A stretch of DNA of 64,000 bases from Octopus vulgaris (GCA_951406725.2 OX597828.1:37448001-37512000), one strand, 5' to 3'; counted from the first letter of the stretch, positions 28,235-42,290 are shown. Notes: generated from the letters alone by a model not told the origin. Translations and numbers: made by a program.

Positions 28235-29635
28235 ACCAGAGCCATACGGAGCCCCGCAAATGTCCATCAGGTAAAGAAAATGATCGCACATGCACTAGGA
28301 GCTAGTATAAGAGTTACCCTAAAAGGCCACACATTTAAATTTAATAATAAAATATATGCCCAGGACGAGGGGGCAGCCATCGGTGTTAGTATCGCTGGTG
28401 ATGTGGCCAACCTCTTCATGGTATGGTGGGACAGAAGGCTTAAAGAATGCCTACTGCAGAAATCCATACTAGTAAACATGTACTCTCGCTATGTTGATGA
28501 TATCAATATAGTAGTAAAGGCACCCCCACAAGAAAGTACTGTTGATATAGTAATAGAAACTAATACTATGGAGAGCATCCAGCAAATAGCTAACTCCATC
28601 CACCAGAGTATTAAGGTCACAATAGACTACCCCACTAAACACCCCAACCATAGACTACCAGTACTAGACACTGAACTCTGGCTAGAAATTGTGAAAAATA
28701 AAACCCAAATCCTTCATTCATACTATGCAAAACCTATGGCCTCAAAATACCTGATCCACCGGAACTCAGCCATTGCGGGCAATGCCAAATTCAATATTTT
28801 GATGGCAGACCTCGTCAGAATAATGAGAAATGTGTCACGCATGTGCGAGCCTACAGAATTAAAGAGACACATACAGTATTTCATTCACCGCATGCAGTTC
28901 TCAGGTTACAGCCATAAAGGATCAGAGTATACAAAGGAGCCATGAAGAAATTTGATAATATATTATGTAATGATAGGAATGGGATTTGCCCACTCTATAG
29001 GAACAAGTCATGGAACACTATAGAAAAAAAAAAAAAAAAAAAAAAATAAGAAAATAAGGAAGGCCAACTCTTGGTATGATAGCCATAAATACCAGAGTGT
29101 CATGTTCGTTGACACCACCCCTGGAGGTGAACTAGCGTACCGCTTTAGAAGGACCCTAGATAAACTTAAACTAAGAATTAAGGTTGTTGAAAAGCCAGGC
29201 AACCCTATCAGATCTATAATTGGTAGAACCTATCCTTTTAGTAGAACTCTCTGTACGGATAACTATTGCACTGTATGTAGATTTAGCCCACAAACGAACT
29301 GTAAAGCCAGAAATGTGGTCTATAGTATAAGATGTATAGAGGGACGATGCAGTAACAAGACAGTAACATACGTAGGGGAAACTGCAAGAAGCATTGGTGA
29401 GCGGGTGAATGAACATTGGAGACAACTCAAGGAAGGTAAAAGCTCATCGATTCTGTACCAACACTCCGAACAAGAACACGGGGGATCAATCAATAACATA
29501 GAGATTAAGATATTGTCCACACATAGAACAGATGCAACAATTAGACAAATTACAAAAGCTACACATATAATAGAAAATAAACCTAGCCTGAATAGAAAAC
29601 TAGAATGGAGCAATAGCGCACACCACAACATATGA
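28235..29635 (+). pseudogene. Second PLE RT(3' half)-GIY-YIG copy, frameshifted
   Basis: Same protein as the left arm. Differences: a 4-bp deletion near 28917 (CATAAAGAAAGG to CATAAAGG), an altered poly(A), and A-to-S and E-to-K substitutions. Confidence 0.9.
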
Positions 29636-30154
29636 CAATAGTGGATCCTGCAAACATAATAAATACACAGGTAATTAAAGAAATAGAAATGAATATCTAT
29701 ATATATGTATATGTGTATATATATGTATATGTATATGTGTATATGTGTGTGTATATATGTATATATATATATATATATGTATATGTATGTGTATGTATAT
29801 ATATATATATGTATATGTATATTCTTTTTTTTTTTTTTCTCGATTAGATTTATTATTATTATTACTAATATTGTTGTTATACATACATACAAGCATATGT
29901 AATGATAATAATGGGTGGATGTAAACACATGAATAAAATTAGAACAAAAGCAACAACAACAAAAACAAAATACAAATTACAAGAATGTATATAACCAGAA
30001 GATACAAATATTACAGGCATCCCCCCCACACACACACTAAATAAACATAGACGCACATAGAGATATAAGCATGCGCAAATGAAGACATACAATAGAAATA
30101 CAAAATGGCTGACGGTTAGTAAGGAGAGACACAAGTAAGTGAGAAGAAAACAAA

Positions 30155-30199
30155 GGACCACTGATGCGGTCACAGGAGTGTGACGAAAGAACTTTGGCC
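30155..30199 (+). ncRNA. Variant hammerhead-like motif in the PLE 3' region (right arm)
   Basis: gga-cca CUGAUGC g GUCACA-GGAG-UGUGAC GAAA G-AA-C UU ugg-cc. Perfect 6-bp stem II, minimal stem III, CUU site. The core deviates at position 9. Confidence 0.5.
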
Positions 30200-30386
30200 G
30201 AAATAAGATTAAGATTAATGTAAAAAATAAATATCACTGAAGCAAAATAACACCAAATATAGTGCGTGTGTTTTTATTGGCTAAACTGGCAATATGACCA
30301 TTCCGAAATATAACAATATCTGTTTCAACACACGACTTCACATAAAAAATCTTGCACAACAAATATTTAAACGTATATATATATAC

Positions 30387-30480
<94 letters not shown>

Positions 30481-30648
30481 TTATATTAATATATATATTC
30501 GCCATGTTGGAGCACTGAACCCAACACTTTCTTTTTATTCTATGTCTACTTCCTCTTATTCCTTTCTGGCGAAGAACCATCCAATTTTCCCCGAGCTTCA
30601 AACTAATACACTTGCTCTTTGTCTTTGTTTGTCTATAAATTTGAACTA

Positions 30649-30684
<36 letters not shown>

Positions 30685-31084
30685 TGTATGTATGTATGTA
30701 TGTATGTATGTATGTATGTATATATACACACACATAATATACGCACATATGTATACGTATGTATGTATATACAGTTATAATCGAAGTTGTGTCTTCATGA
30801 AGTACCAATGCGTATTCCTGTTACCCAAAGTACATCGGTAGGTGTTATGATTCATATCAGAGTTGAGCACACTGGAGAATGTTGGAAAATAATTATTGTA
30901 TCGCATGACAGGAAACTGGACAACAATTTCAATTCTCTATTTGAAAAATTACTTTTAGAAGATTGCTTACATGTTTCTCTACATGCAACACCTATTGGTA
31001 AAAAAAAACATGTAAAATGGAATAAATAATACAAACATTTTTGCATCACACCACACACACGCACACACACGCACATGTGTATGT

Positions 31085-31450
31085 GGAGGTGTGATGGCCC
31101 ATTGTTAGGGTAGCGGGGACTCGCAGTTTCGATCCCCAGACAAGGCGTTGTCAGTGTTTATTCAGCGAAAACACCTAAAGCTCCACGAGGCTCCGGCAGA
31201 GGGGTGGTAGCAAACCTTGCTGTGCTTTTTCACCACAACTTTCTCTTCCTCTTTCTTCCTGTTTCTGTTGTACAAGTATTTCAAAGAGCCAGTCTTGCCA
31301 CAATCTGTGTCTCGCTGAATCTCCCCGAGAACTACGTTAAGGGTGCACGTGTCTGTTGAGTGTTCAGCCACTTGCACGTTAATTTCATGGGCAGGCTGTT
31401 TCGTTGATCGGATCAGCTGGAACCCTTGTCGGCGTAACCGAGGGTGTGCC
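31085..31450 (+). mobile_element. tRNA-derived SINE, head D + tail type 1
   Basis: Head matches 59837-60000; tail (TTTCAAAG.GCC...CGTAACCGA) matches 17755-17925. Confidence 0.8.
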
Positions 31451-31452
31451 AC

Positions 31453-31492
<40 letters not shown>

Positions 31493-31984
31493 GCCATGTT
31501 GGAGCACCGAACGCAACATCTTCTTTTATATATATATATATATATATACGGTTACGTATACAACGTGATGAGAAAATGTACAAATATTTCAATGAATCTA
31601 TATGCATACCTTAGAAATATAAGGATATGCACAAAATGTATTGCATTATTTGATAGCATGCGTTTATCGCATTTTGTGTTAATATACTCGATACTGTATA
31701 TAATAAGAACACTATACTTTTGTAATTATATATTATTTATAAGCTCAATTTCCCGATATACTTGCAAATAATATCTCCTCGTAATTGATGCAATATATAT
31801 TTGTTAAATCGTCATTCTTAAAACTTTTATATCCGTTTTATAATGAGTATTCATTTAATGTTTCTTTCTGACACTGTATCTTTTTCAATTCATTGACTGG
31901 GTGTGATAATATATTTCTTTTGGATTATTAGATAACCAAGTTAATTACTTTTGCTGTTTGGTATTTCTTTTCTAAATGTAGGCA

Positions 31985-32198
31985 TAAGCGATGGGAATTC
32001 TTGGCTTTAAAATTATCGTGAAAGTCCCGGTTGAAGGTCTAAGCTTCCAAATTTTTTTTACAGGGCTTAGAAAAACTGAAGGACTACTGCAATATATGTA
32101 TGAATCAGAGAGAGGAATATGCTGAATAAAATTACAGTTAACTGATCTCCTCTATTTTCTTTTACCCTAAGCCAGGAACTTTTTAGAACCCCCTCGTA
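31985..32198 (+). mobile_element. Internally deleted mariner relic
   Basis: LQGLEKLKDYCNICMNQREEYAE* resembles the mariner C-terminus GI.KL..RW.KC...G.Y.E*. Right TIR ...AACTTTTTAGAACCCCCTCG|TA; degenerate left TIR near 31990. Confidence 0.6.
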
Positions 32199-32798
32199 GA
32201 TGAAATTCGCATACGAACTTGGATACGTAAGTGATCCTTATACTTGGAATGGCGAGTAAATACCCTCTGTAGTAGCTTCCCATTAAGCAATAGTTTGTGA
32301 ATGAAAGCAATATGGATGCTGCAAATTGTGTAGAAACCAGTGAGGGATAGAGGCTATGCAAGCGCAAGGTTTTTTTCTTCTTCCAAGTTAGGAGGGAAGT
32401 GGCACGCATATCAGATTCAACCTCTCTCCTGCAAAATATACAACTAAGCTTGTGTAGGAATGCATAAGATTGTCGGCCAGAGTGGTTGATCAGATCTCCT
32501 GAACTCGCAGCACCATGGAATCTGATGTGTGTGCCGAACGTAAGAATATTTTAACAAATGGTATTCCTCCAACGTGGTTTCTAGCCACGATGCAGCGCAA
32601 GGTTATTGAACGCAAACTCACGCACGTCTGTGCGTGTGAGCGTGTGTGCATGGCTGTCTTTCTGTCAGCCTGGCTGTGTGGCTGTCTCTGCCTCTGCCTC
32701 TCTCTTTCTCTATATGAGTGCGTGTGTGTGTATCTATATTCACATACTCGTATATATGTATATACGTACATACAAATATGTATACACACACACACACA

Positions 32799-34920
32799 CA
32801 GGGCTGCGGAATTTAAAGATCAATTAATCGATTAATCGTTAATTTATCTTAACGATTATATTTTTGTTTTAGTGATTAAAATTTTATTAAACGGTTTCAA
32901 ATTTAATTTTCTACCCATCGTTAATAAATGTACCGGAAGTCGGGAAGCAATAGTAAGAACAGTAAATGGCGGCAGAGAAGAATCGAGTTATGAAATATAA
33001 ACCTATATCAGGTCGTTTACATGAACATTTGGGATTTAAATTGTTGGCTGACGGTAATATCAAAACTGCTGATGACGTTTATTGCATCTATTGCGACAAA
33101 TCGTTCGCATACATTGGATCTAACACATGGCTTACTTATTTACCACCTTCAAAACGAACACTAGCTACGGTATTTGAAACCTCAGCTCACAAAGTCAGCT
33201 TCATTTAGTCAGTATTCAACGCCAGTGTCATCTACCTTCAAGTAGACTGCTTTGAGTCAGTTTTATCGTCAGTCTGATCATCCGGTGAGTTCTACCGTGT
33301 AAAGTGACATTAAAATATCACTTGCAAACTGGATAGCTAATAATGGTAGACCAATATCGATAGTAGAAGTTGATGGTTTTCAGCAAGTATTACGTACAGC
33401 GCTTCAAAACACCAAACATAAACTACCTTACCGACGCACAATTGATAAAACGTTGGCTGATTTTTATAACAGCACAAGAGAAAGTGGCAAAGAAGCAGTG
33501 AAAAATTCAAAGGCAATTGCACTAACATCTGACTTTTGGACATCCTTAAGTAATGAACGTTATTGCAGAATCATTGGCCATTGGGTTGCTGATGACTGGA
33601 ATTTAATAAGTATTATTCTTGAATTTGTGCATGCTGTTGAACGTCACTAATCTAACAATGTTGCTGAGTTATATAAACAATTTGTAAAAGACTGGGATAT
33701 AACAAAGAAGATTCAGGTTCTAGTAACAGACAAAGCATGAAATTTGGTTTCAGCTGTTAATCAAACTAGTTTTGCTCATATTCCGTGTTTGGCTCATAGC
33801 CTGCAGTTGAGCCTATTGCATAGATTTAAAGCCGGAGATACAGAAACATTGTTTGTTAAATGTCGAAAAATCATAGGACATTTAAACATAGCCCTGTCCA
33901 CACAACTGAATTGCAGAATTGTAGTGATTCACCATTGCGTAAGCTACAGCTAGTTGGAACAGTGCTTTTAAAATGCTGCAGAGTCTACTGCAGGCCAGAG
34001 AAGTAATATCCATCTACATGTCAGACGAAGAGAAGCAATATAAAGGTCCAAAACTGTTCGATTCTGATTGGGAAAAGATTTCAAAATACATCAACGTTTT
34101 AGACTTATTCTGTCAAGCCACGGTCCTGCTTGGCGGTGAGAAATATATTTGTCGTGTAGCTGTGTATTGCCACTGTTAATGTCTTTGACAAAGTACATGA
34201 CTGTAAATGGTGGTGATCCAAGTTATATAGTCAGATTCAAGGAAGCATCTGTTAATGATTTCAGTAAAAGTGTAGCTGACATGAAAAGTATTGAAATATT
34301 ACAGATTGCAACAGCACTTGATACACGATATAAAAACTTGAAGTGTCAATCAGATGATTCAAAAGAACAAACGTGGTTACTTATAGGACGACAAATAGCA
34401 GTTGATATTAATGACGATCGGTTGAAGACAAATGCACAAGATGATACTGACAGTGTCAATAAAACTATATGCAAATCCAATGAAAAACGTATTAAGCTGA
34501 TGGAGTCTGACTTAGACTTAGATGAAGATGCCGAAAACGCTTCTGATGAAGTACAGCGATATAAAATCGAGAAAAAAGTTGCTGAATCAGTTGATCCACT
34601 ACAATGATGGAAATTTAATGAACATCAATATCCGAAATTGGAATTTTTTGCTAAGATTGTTCTGTGCAAACCAGCTACTTCGGTTCCACGGGAACGATTA
34701 TTTAGCTTTGCTGGTTACATTGTTAACAAGATGCGCTCATTACTTGAACCAAATGCTGTTAACATGCTTGTGTGTTTGCGTAACTGGTTATCGAACAACA
34801 TCTGAGTGAGAAAACGTCTATGCTGTTTCTTGCTTTTAACTGAATTTTAATTGAAATATCAGAAACTTGTTAATACATGCAACTACAGACGTTTTTGTGC
34901 TTTAATCGAATCGATTCCTT
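32799..34920 (+). mobile_element. Decayed hAT (Ac/ZBED1-like) DNA transposon
   Basis: 5' end CAGGGCTG with subterminal TTAATCGATTAATCG repeats. Right TIR not found. Confidence 0.8.
32966..34806 (+). pseudogene. hAT transposase pseudogene (BED finger, DDE domain, C-terminal dimerization domain)
   Basis: VYCIYC (BED), IALTSDFWTS, HIPCLAHSLQL, ALDTRYK, and YP.L...AKIVLCKPATSVP.ERLFS.AG, spread over several frames with stops. Confidence 0.88.
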
Positions 34921-35146
34921 TGTGGTGTTGTTTTGCATTTATAATTAAATAATTATAAATAAAATATTAAAAAAATAACAATAATAAATATACAATACAG
35001 TACTATCGGTGGGGCTTTAGGAACGTAACACCCCCGCGATAGATGAGCAATTAGAGTATATATATATAATTTGAACTCAGAACGTAAAGTACCGGGAGAA
35101 ATGCCGCTAAGCATTTGTCCCAGCATGCTATCGATTCTGCCATCTT

Positions 35147-35147
35147 T

Positions 35148-35178
<31 letters not shown>

Positions 35179-35282
35179 TGATGATAATGATAATAATAAT
35201 AATAATGATGATGATAATGATAATAATAATAATAATAATAATAATGATGATAATGATAATAATAATAATAATGATGATAATG

Positions 35283-35334
<52 letters not shown>
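35147..35334. repeat. (TAA/TGA)n microsatellite
   Basis: Direct reading. Confidence 0.95.
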
Positions 35335-35335
<1 letters not shown>

Positions 35336-35498
35336 GAAGAATGAACAAATGAAAAAATGGAAGGTAGATCTCTTCTCATGTGACACACTCTTCGGGAAAG
35401 TTAATATCAAAAGAGGAATTTTGTAGGTGGTTTCGTATACATTGGTAGGTGTTGGGAAGAAACTCGGCACAAATGGAAACAGAATTGAAAGAAGACAG
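35335..35498 (+). mobile_element. R4/Dong fragment: RT motif piece fused to a 3' tail
   Basis: MKKWKVDLFSCDTLFGKVNIKRGIL*, the segment that precedes the QGD motif. Then GGGAAGAAACTCGGCACAAATGGAAAC...TGAAAGAAGA, matching the tail at ~2445-2488. (TAA)n on both sides. Confidence 0.6.
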
Positions 35499-35562
35499 TA
35501 ATAATAAAAATAATAATAATAACAATAATAGTCATAATCATAATCATAATAATAATAATAAT

Positions 35563-36012
35563 ATAGAAAGTAAGAAATATAAGATATTGTGGAGTTTTAA
35601 CGTTCAGACTGACAGAGTAATAGAAGCTAGAAGACCTGATTTAGTAGCAGTAGATAAAGGGTATAGAAGGTGACAGATAACTGATTTTACAGTCCCAAAT
35701 GATGAAAAAAAATCCATATGAAAGGTATAGAGAGAAAATACTAAAGTACCAGGACTTAGCCATTGAATTACAGAGACTATAGAAAGTGCGTGTAACATGT
35801 ATCCCAGTAGTTATAGGTGCCCTAAGAACTATCCCTAATACTTTGAACAGATGGGTAGAGGAAAGAGGTGTAAAACCCAGTTTTGTACAGATCCAGATAA
35901 CAGTGTTATAAGGGACAGCTCGGATACTCAGCAGGGTTCTTGGCATCTAAGGTTACTTGTCGTAGCCTGATGTTAGGATTTTTTTTCTTTTCCAACAGTC
36001 TAACTTGTTGTG
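35563..36012 (+). mobile_element. R4/Dong RLE 3' fragment (degenerate)
   Basis: KILWSFNVQTDRVIEARRPDLV...KYQDLAIELQRL..VIGAL...GTARILSRVLGI*. Preceded by (TAA)n and truncated by a SINE B. Confidence 0.8.
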
Positions 36013-36015
36013 TAC

Positions 36016-36374
36016 TCTTTTACTTGCTTCAGGCATTTGACTGCGGCCATGCTGGAGCACCGCCTTTAGTCGGGCAAATCGACCCTCAGGACATTTTCTT
36101 TGTAAGCCTAATAGTTATTCTATCGGTCTCTTTTCCCGAACAGCTAAGTTACGGGGACGCAAACACACCAGCATCGGTTGTCAAGTGATGTTGGGAGGAC
36201 AAACACAGACATATATACATATATACGACGGGCTTCTTTCAGTTTCAGTCTACCAATTCCACTCACAAGGCTTTGGTCGGCCCGAGGCTATAGTAGAAGT
36301 GCCACGCAGTGGGACTGAACCCGAAATCATGTGGCTGGTAATCAAGCTACTTGTCACACAGCCACTCCTGCGCC
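36016..36374 (-). mobile_element. SINE family B
   Basis: Reverse complement of 39751-40165 with small deletions. Confidence 0.85.
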
Positions 36375-37586
36375 TATAAAATATAGAAAAAGTGAAGTCA
36401 ACCTCGGTGGAATTTGAACTCAGAAATTCCGCTAAGTATTTCGCCCGGCGCGTTATCGTCTCTGCCAACACAACGCGTTTTTGAATAATAATAAAAATAA
36501 TAACTAAAATATTAATATAATGTTTGTATTTCTGTGCCTGTATGCCTATATACATGGATGCATATATACATACGTACACGCACACACACACATGCCCATA
36601 GATATAAGCTATTACAAACATATGTGATATTAAACCTTACAGCCGTTTCTAATTTTACTTTCAGTAGTAATACAAGAGCTCATTTCCGTAGTGATTGTGC
36701 CGTGTATGTAATTCCCATATGTATAACTCATGCCATCCGTGACCGACCGACCGACCGACCGACCGATATAATCAGAGGTGTAGTATCACTAAATGCACAG
36801 GAATCAATTTACGAAGTAAAACATCGGGAGCAAGCATAGTGTCCTGCATGACGAATACGAACGAGAGATAACGACACGACAACACACAAACACATATATA
36901 CACGCATATAAACATACATGTCGGCACGCATACATCGTTATAACCCTTCTACAAAATATCTCACTTCAGACTTCTACACAAATGAATAAAAATATCACGG
37001 ATACTACGAACTATCTAGATTATTTTACTGAAATAATATAGCAAGATTCATTCATTAACATTGTACATATTTATTAGAGCAGAATGTGTATTTTTGTTGG
37101 GTTTTTACTCGTTATTATAGTTATTTTTCTTTCCTCGCTTGAGATTCTACGTTTCAACACAGGATGCTTGTCTGATTAAAATGAGATTGTAATATCAAAT
37201 GTTACTCGCTGTGACATATGGAATTTCTTTTATCAATACTCAAGTATATAAATAACTAATCAGTCTTCTGTTTTCGTAAACATTCTCCCGATTAGACTTT
37301 TCATTTATTATTTATACTTGCGTACACACAAGCGCACGCATACACACACGCGCATGCACATGTATACATAAACGTACGCACGCATACACATGCAGATGTA
37401 GTTAAAGTCTTTTGTGACTCAACTAGTTTATATTAATGTGTCTTTTGTGTTTTCGTGTGTAAAAATGGACGCCGTAAACAAGTTTCAGTAAAAACAAAAA
37501 CATTATTTTATTACTAGCTAAAATCTAGCGTGATTTATCAGTCAGTGAGTAAACATTATACATACACATATACATGTGCACACACA

Positions 37587-37667
<81 letters not shown>

Positions 37668-37821
37668 CTGTATATATATATATATGTATATATCTGTATA
37701 TATATATATGTATATATATATATATAGACATATATATCTTTATACATATATATATATATATATGCATATATATATGAATATATATACATATATCTGTATA
37801 TATATGTATATATCTGTATAT

Positions 37822-37867
<46 letters not shown>

Positions 37868-37870
<3 letters not shown>

Positions 37871-37979
37871 CCTGCTCGCTTAGCCAGCGGGGTGGCGTCA
37901 TTCGAAGGCTAAAACAATGCGAACACATTGTGACCAGCGATGTGTAACTACATCTGATGGACTGGTCAGTCACATGATG

Positions 37980-37984
<5 letters not shown>
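37868..37984 (+). mobile_element. Isolated SINE tail type 4 in (TA)n
   Basis: Matches 60010-60123. Confidence 0.75.
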
Positions 37985-38031
<47 letters not shown>

Positions 38032-39026
38032 TACTCACACGTGTACGTACGCACACATCTACATTTATGTATAATTATATTACATCTAATTCGTATATCG
38101 ATCTAGTGAAAGGCGGTGAAGATGTTTAGAGCTTGTGAGATGATATCTTGAAGTTGCCGATGTCTTATTTTTGAAGCTGCTTAACGAACCAAGTCGTAAG
38201 TTCGATTTCCGGAAACGGGACCGTATATGGACAAATTGATAACATATATATTAAAATTGTGTATACGCAAGTACATATAAATGTGCGCTGTATGTACATA
38301 TATATTTATGTACGTGTGTATATGTGAGTGTTTGCGGTGTACAGTTGACTTTCGGTTAGAGATAAAGCTATCTAACTTCGCGGATTTCTTGTCTCCAGAT
38401 CAATAAGTGCAGCATTATTGAATGATTCTTGGCACACGTTATTTCAGCAGAGAGAATCAGGCTTTGCATAGCCGAAAGTTCTCATATTCTTGTTAGATAT
38501 AGGAACTTTGCTGTTCTACTGAATCCTAGATCTGAGATTTTCGTTGAATGAAAGCATCTACAAAAGTTTCTATCTTTGAACTGGCAAATATCACCCCCTT
38601 TTAATTGAAGAAGCAGCCTCACAAAATTTTACCGTTCTGCGTTATATTGATGACATCAACCCTTTATATTCCATTTCTAACCTTTACTTCTCATTTGTTC
38701 TTACTCACTTTTTTTTTCGAAGAGTAGCCATGTTGAATTTCGTATCTGAAAGATTACTTACAAATATTACATTGCATAAGCTAGTCCGAAGATTGTATGT
38801 TCGGATGCGTGAAACTAATTCTAGCTCTTATTCAAAATCCATCCTGTAGATATTATATTGTATGTATAACCCACTGGATGGAGTGGAGCGCGGTCTATTG
38901 ATCACACCAATCACCAATTACGGAACAGTACATAATATATATATATATATATATACATAACATAATAGATATAGATATATATATAGTCTATATATATATG
39001 TGTGCGTGTGTGTGTATGTGTGTGTG

Positions 39027-39080
<54 letters not shown>

Positions 39081-39090
39081 TATATTATAA

Positions 39091-39254
39091 GCGCTGGAGT
39101 GGCTGTGTGGTAAGTAGCTAGCTTACCAATCACATGGCTCCGGGTTCAATCTCATTGCTTGACACCTTGGGCAAGTATCTTTTACTATAGCAACGGGCCG
39201 ACCAAAACCTTGTGAGTGGATTTGGTAGGCGGAAACTGAAAGAAGCCCGTCGTA
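39091..39254 (+). mobile_element. SINE family B, 5' half
   Basis: Matches 39751-39912. Confidence 0.8.
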
Positions 39255-39750
39255 TTATATATATGCATGGATTCATGTATACGTACATGTATACACATTT
39301 ATACATACATAGATACATATATATATATATATATATTATATTTATATTATAAAATTATTGCATATTCAGAAGCTTTCGTAACACCATAATGATCGGCAAT
39401 CGGAAAATGTTTCTTCAACGGGAATCATTAGCCCTTTTCTAAAGCAGGTGAGTTCATAGCTCAACTTCTGAATCTTCAAGTTTGCGGAAAGAAAACTACG
39501 GCATATAGCATAGTAAGTCTAAGAGTTTCCCTCCGATTGGTACTTGGAGTCCCCCAAATAACTAAAATAAAAATTGACGTGGAACAATGCAAGAACTCTG
39601 TGTGTGTGTGTGTACATACACACAGACAGAAAGACAGAGACACACACATACATACATATGGGCAAGTATATTCCAGCAATAATAATTAGGTCTACTGCCT
39701 TAAACAGCTTCTATCACTAATTGTGCACAAAAAATTTCTAGGAGGAGTGG

Positions 39751-40165
39751 CGCAGGAGTGGCTGTGTGGTAAGTAGCTTACTTACGAGCCACATGGTTTT
39801 GGGTTCAGTCCCACTGCGTGGCACCTTGGGCACATGACTTCTACTATAGTCTCGAGTCGACCAAAACCTTGTGAGTGGATTTGGTAGACGGAAACTGAAA
39901 GAAGCCTGTCGTATATATGTATATATAATTATGTATGTGTGTATGTCTGTGTGTCTGTGTTTGTCCCTCCAACATCGCTTGACAACCGATGCTGGTGTGA
40001 TTACGTCCTCGTAATCTAGCGGTTCGGCAAAACAGACCATAGAATAAGTACTGGGCTTACAAAGAATAAGTCCTGGGGTCGATTTGCTCGACTGATAGGA
40101 GGTACTCCAGCATGGCCGCAGTCAAATGACTGAAACAAGTAAAAGAGTACAAAGAGTAAAAGAGA
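39751..40165 (+). mobile_element. SINE family B, full-length copy
   Basis: A-box-like GTGGCTGTGTGG, B-box GGTTCAGTCCC, core CACCTTGGGCA, internal (TA/TG)n, tail ending in AAAAGAG repeats. Confidence 0.85.
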
Positions 40166-40667
40166 GAGATTAAAGATTATTGTACAAAAGTACAATAAAC
40201 GGCGCCGATGACCGGCTTCACCTCGACCTGAATTCTTATAATATTCCGAGCCTTTTCAGCCCGCTAAACCATGACGGCCCTAAACTCCAGTTTCAAATAT
40301 AGAAATCGATATACATCAATAATATCCACAACAGAAAGCATTTAGTGCGCTCTTCTTTCACTCCTTATCAAATATGAATTTGCATATGTGTGCATACTGT
40401 GTGAGTGTGTGTGTGTGCGTGCTGAGTGTGCGCCAGAGCGTGTGCCTGTGCGTACTGTATGTGTGTGTGTCTGAGCGTGTGTCTGAGTGTACGGCGTCTA
40501 CAGAAAAAAAAGTGTCTTAGAATTAATTTTATATCTTTTATATCTTTTGTTGATACACCTGGGCTGTTTTGCATAGGTATTGTTTGTCAGCAATATAGCT
40601 TCAGAAAAATGAAACACAATCTCACCCACAAATACTATTATATACGCGTATGTGTGTGTGTGTGTGT

Positions 40668-40722
<55 letters not shown>

Positions 40723-40975
40723 TATATGTATATATATATACATGTGTATATATATATATGTATATATATGTATATATATATATACCTATATGCATATACA
40801 TATATACCTATATGCATATACATATATACCTATATGCATATATATATACCTATATACATATATATATATATGCATATATACATGTATATTTATATATATA
40901 TATGTATATGTATATATGTGTGTGTGTGTGTATATATATATATGTATATATACATATGTATATATATATATATAC

Positions 40976-41016
<41 letters not shown>

Positions 41017-41819
41017 TAGATACATATAGTTATACAGTTTTGCATGCATATCAGTATTTATAGATATTTCGCGAGGCATATGCACAAAAGAGCACCATAA
41101 AACAAAATATATAGCAATACATATTTATATAATGTTATGAAAGATTACATGTAAAACAAAAAAAGATTATGGTTTGTACGTTGAAATTTACCCGCGTCTC
41201 TGTTTCATATAGATATAACTGTGTGAGTGAGTGGGTGAGTGCGTGAGTTAGAGAGATAGTGTATGTGTGTGTGTGTGCGTGCGTTTGTGTGTGTGTGTGT
41301 TTGTGTATACATATCTATTTATATATATATATATATATATAATATATATATATATATTCTTTGGTCGCTTGAGGGCTAATATATATATATATAGGATTTA
41401 ACATATATACATAATACATTCTTTTGTATATATATATATATATTGAAAAAATGCAATTATGTTCGACATTTTTGATAAAATAGATTTTAAACCGCTGCCA
41501 CTCAAACGTAGAAATACTTTTATGTATAAACCTTGTATTGGATGAACATTTAATATGATAGAGCCAAGCAGTTTAGTATGATGGATGGTTTATCAATAAT
41601 ATCTGTTGTTTGAGATCCTTTCTTTCTCTATCATGGTTAACATGGATTTAATCGATCAATACTTCACATTACATATAGATAGATAGATACTTACATATAT
41701 CTATTTATAATTGCAAATATATATAAATACATCTATCTATCTATCTATCTACCTATTTATGTATCTATATACATATCTATCTATCTATCTATCTACATAT
41801 CTATCTATCTATCCATCTG

Positions 41820-41854
<35 letters not shown>

Positions 41855-41883
41855 GTCTACCTATCTGTCTATCTATCTATCTA

Positions 41884-41930
<47 letters not shown>

Positions 41931-42290
41931 GTATTTATGTGTATATGAATGTGTGTATAAGTGTGAGTGTGCGTTCATATAGAAAATCTCTACCAGAAGA
42001 ACCAATGAACACATGCAATTTTTTGAAGAATATTGCGTTTTTCCTGTCTTTCTTTCTTTTTTTTTCTTTCTCCTCTTTCCTTTACTCATGTGGAATTCAT
42101 ATTCTGAATACTCTGAAAATGTTGCATGCATAGAAATTCCATGTCTGTTATTGTTCTTCAGCCTTTTGATTTATAAATATAGATTTACATATGCTTATTT
42201 GAGTATGTATGTGCGTGTGACATCAACGCACACATACACACTCGTTCAAATACGCTTCAGCGCTGACATATACTTACATGTGTGTGTGTG

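Noticed and set aside
28177-28251. Short direct repeats superficially like a CRISPR array
   Set aside because: 14-bp units with no unique spacers, in a eukaryotic context; explained as junction templated insertions.
40200-40282. CCGATGA...TAAACCATGAC hammerhead-like string
   Set aside because: Three or more core mismatches; cannot be distinguished from chance without other copies.
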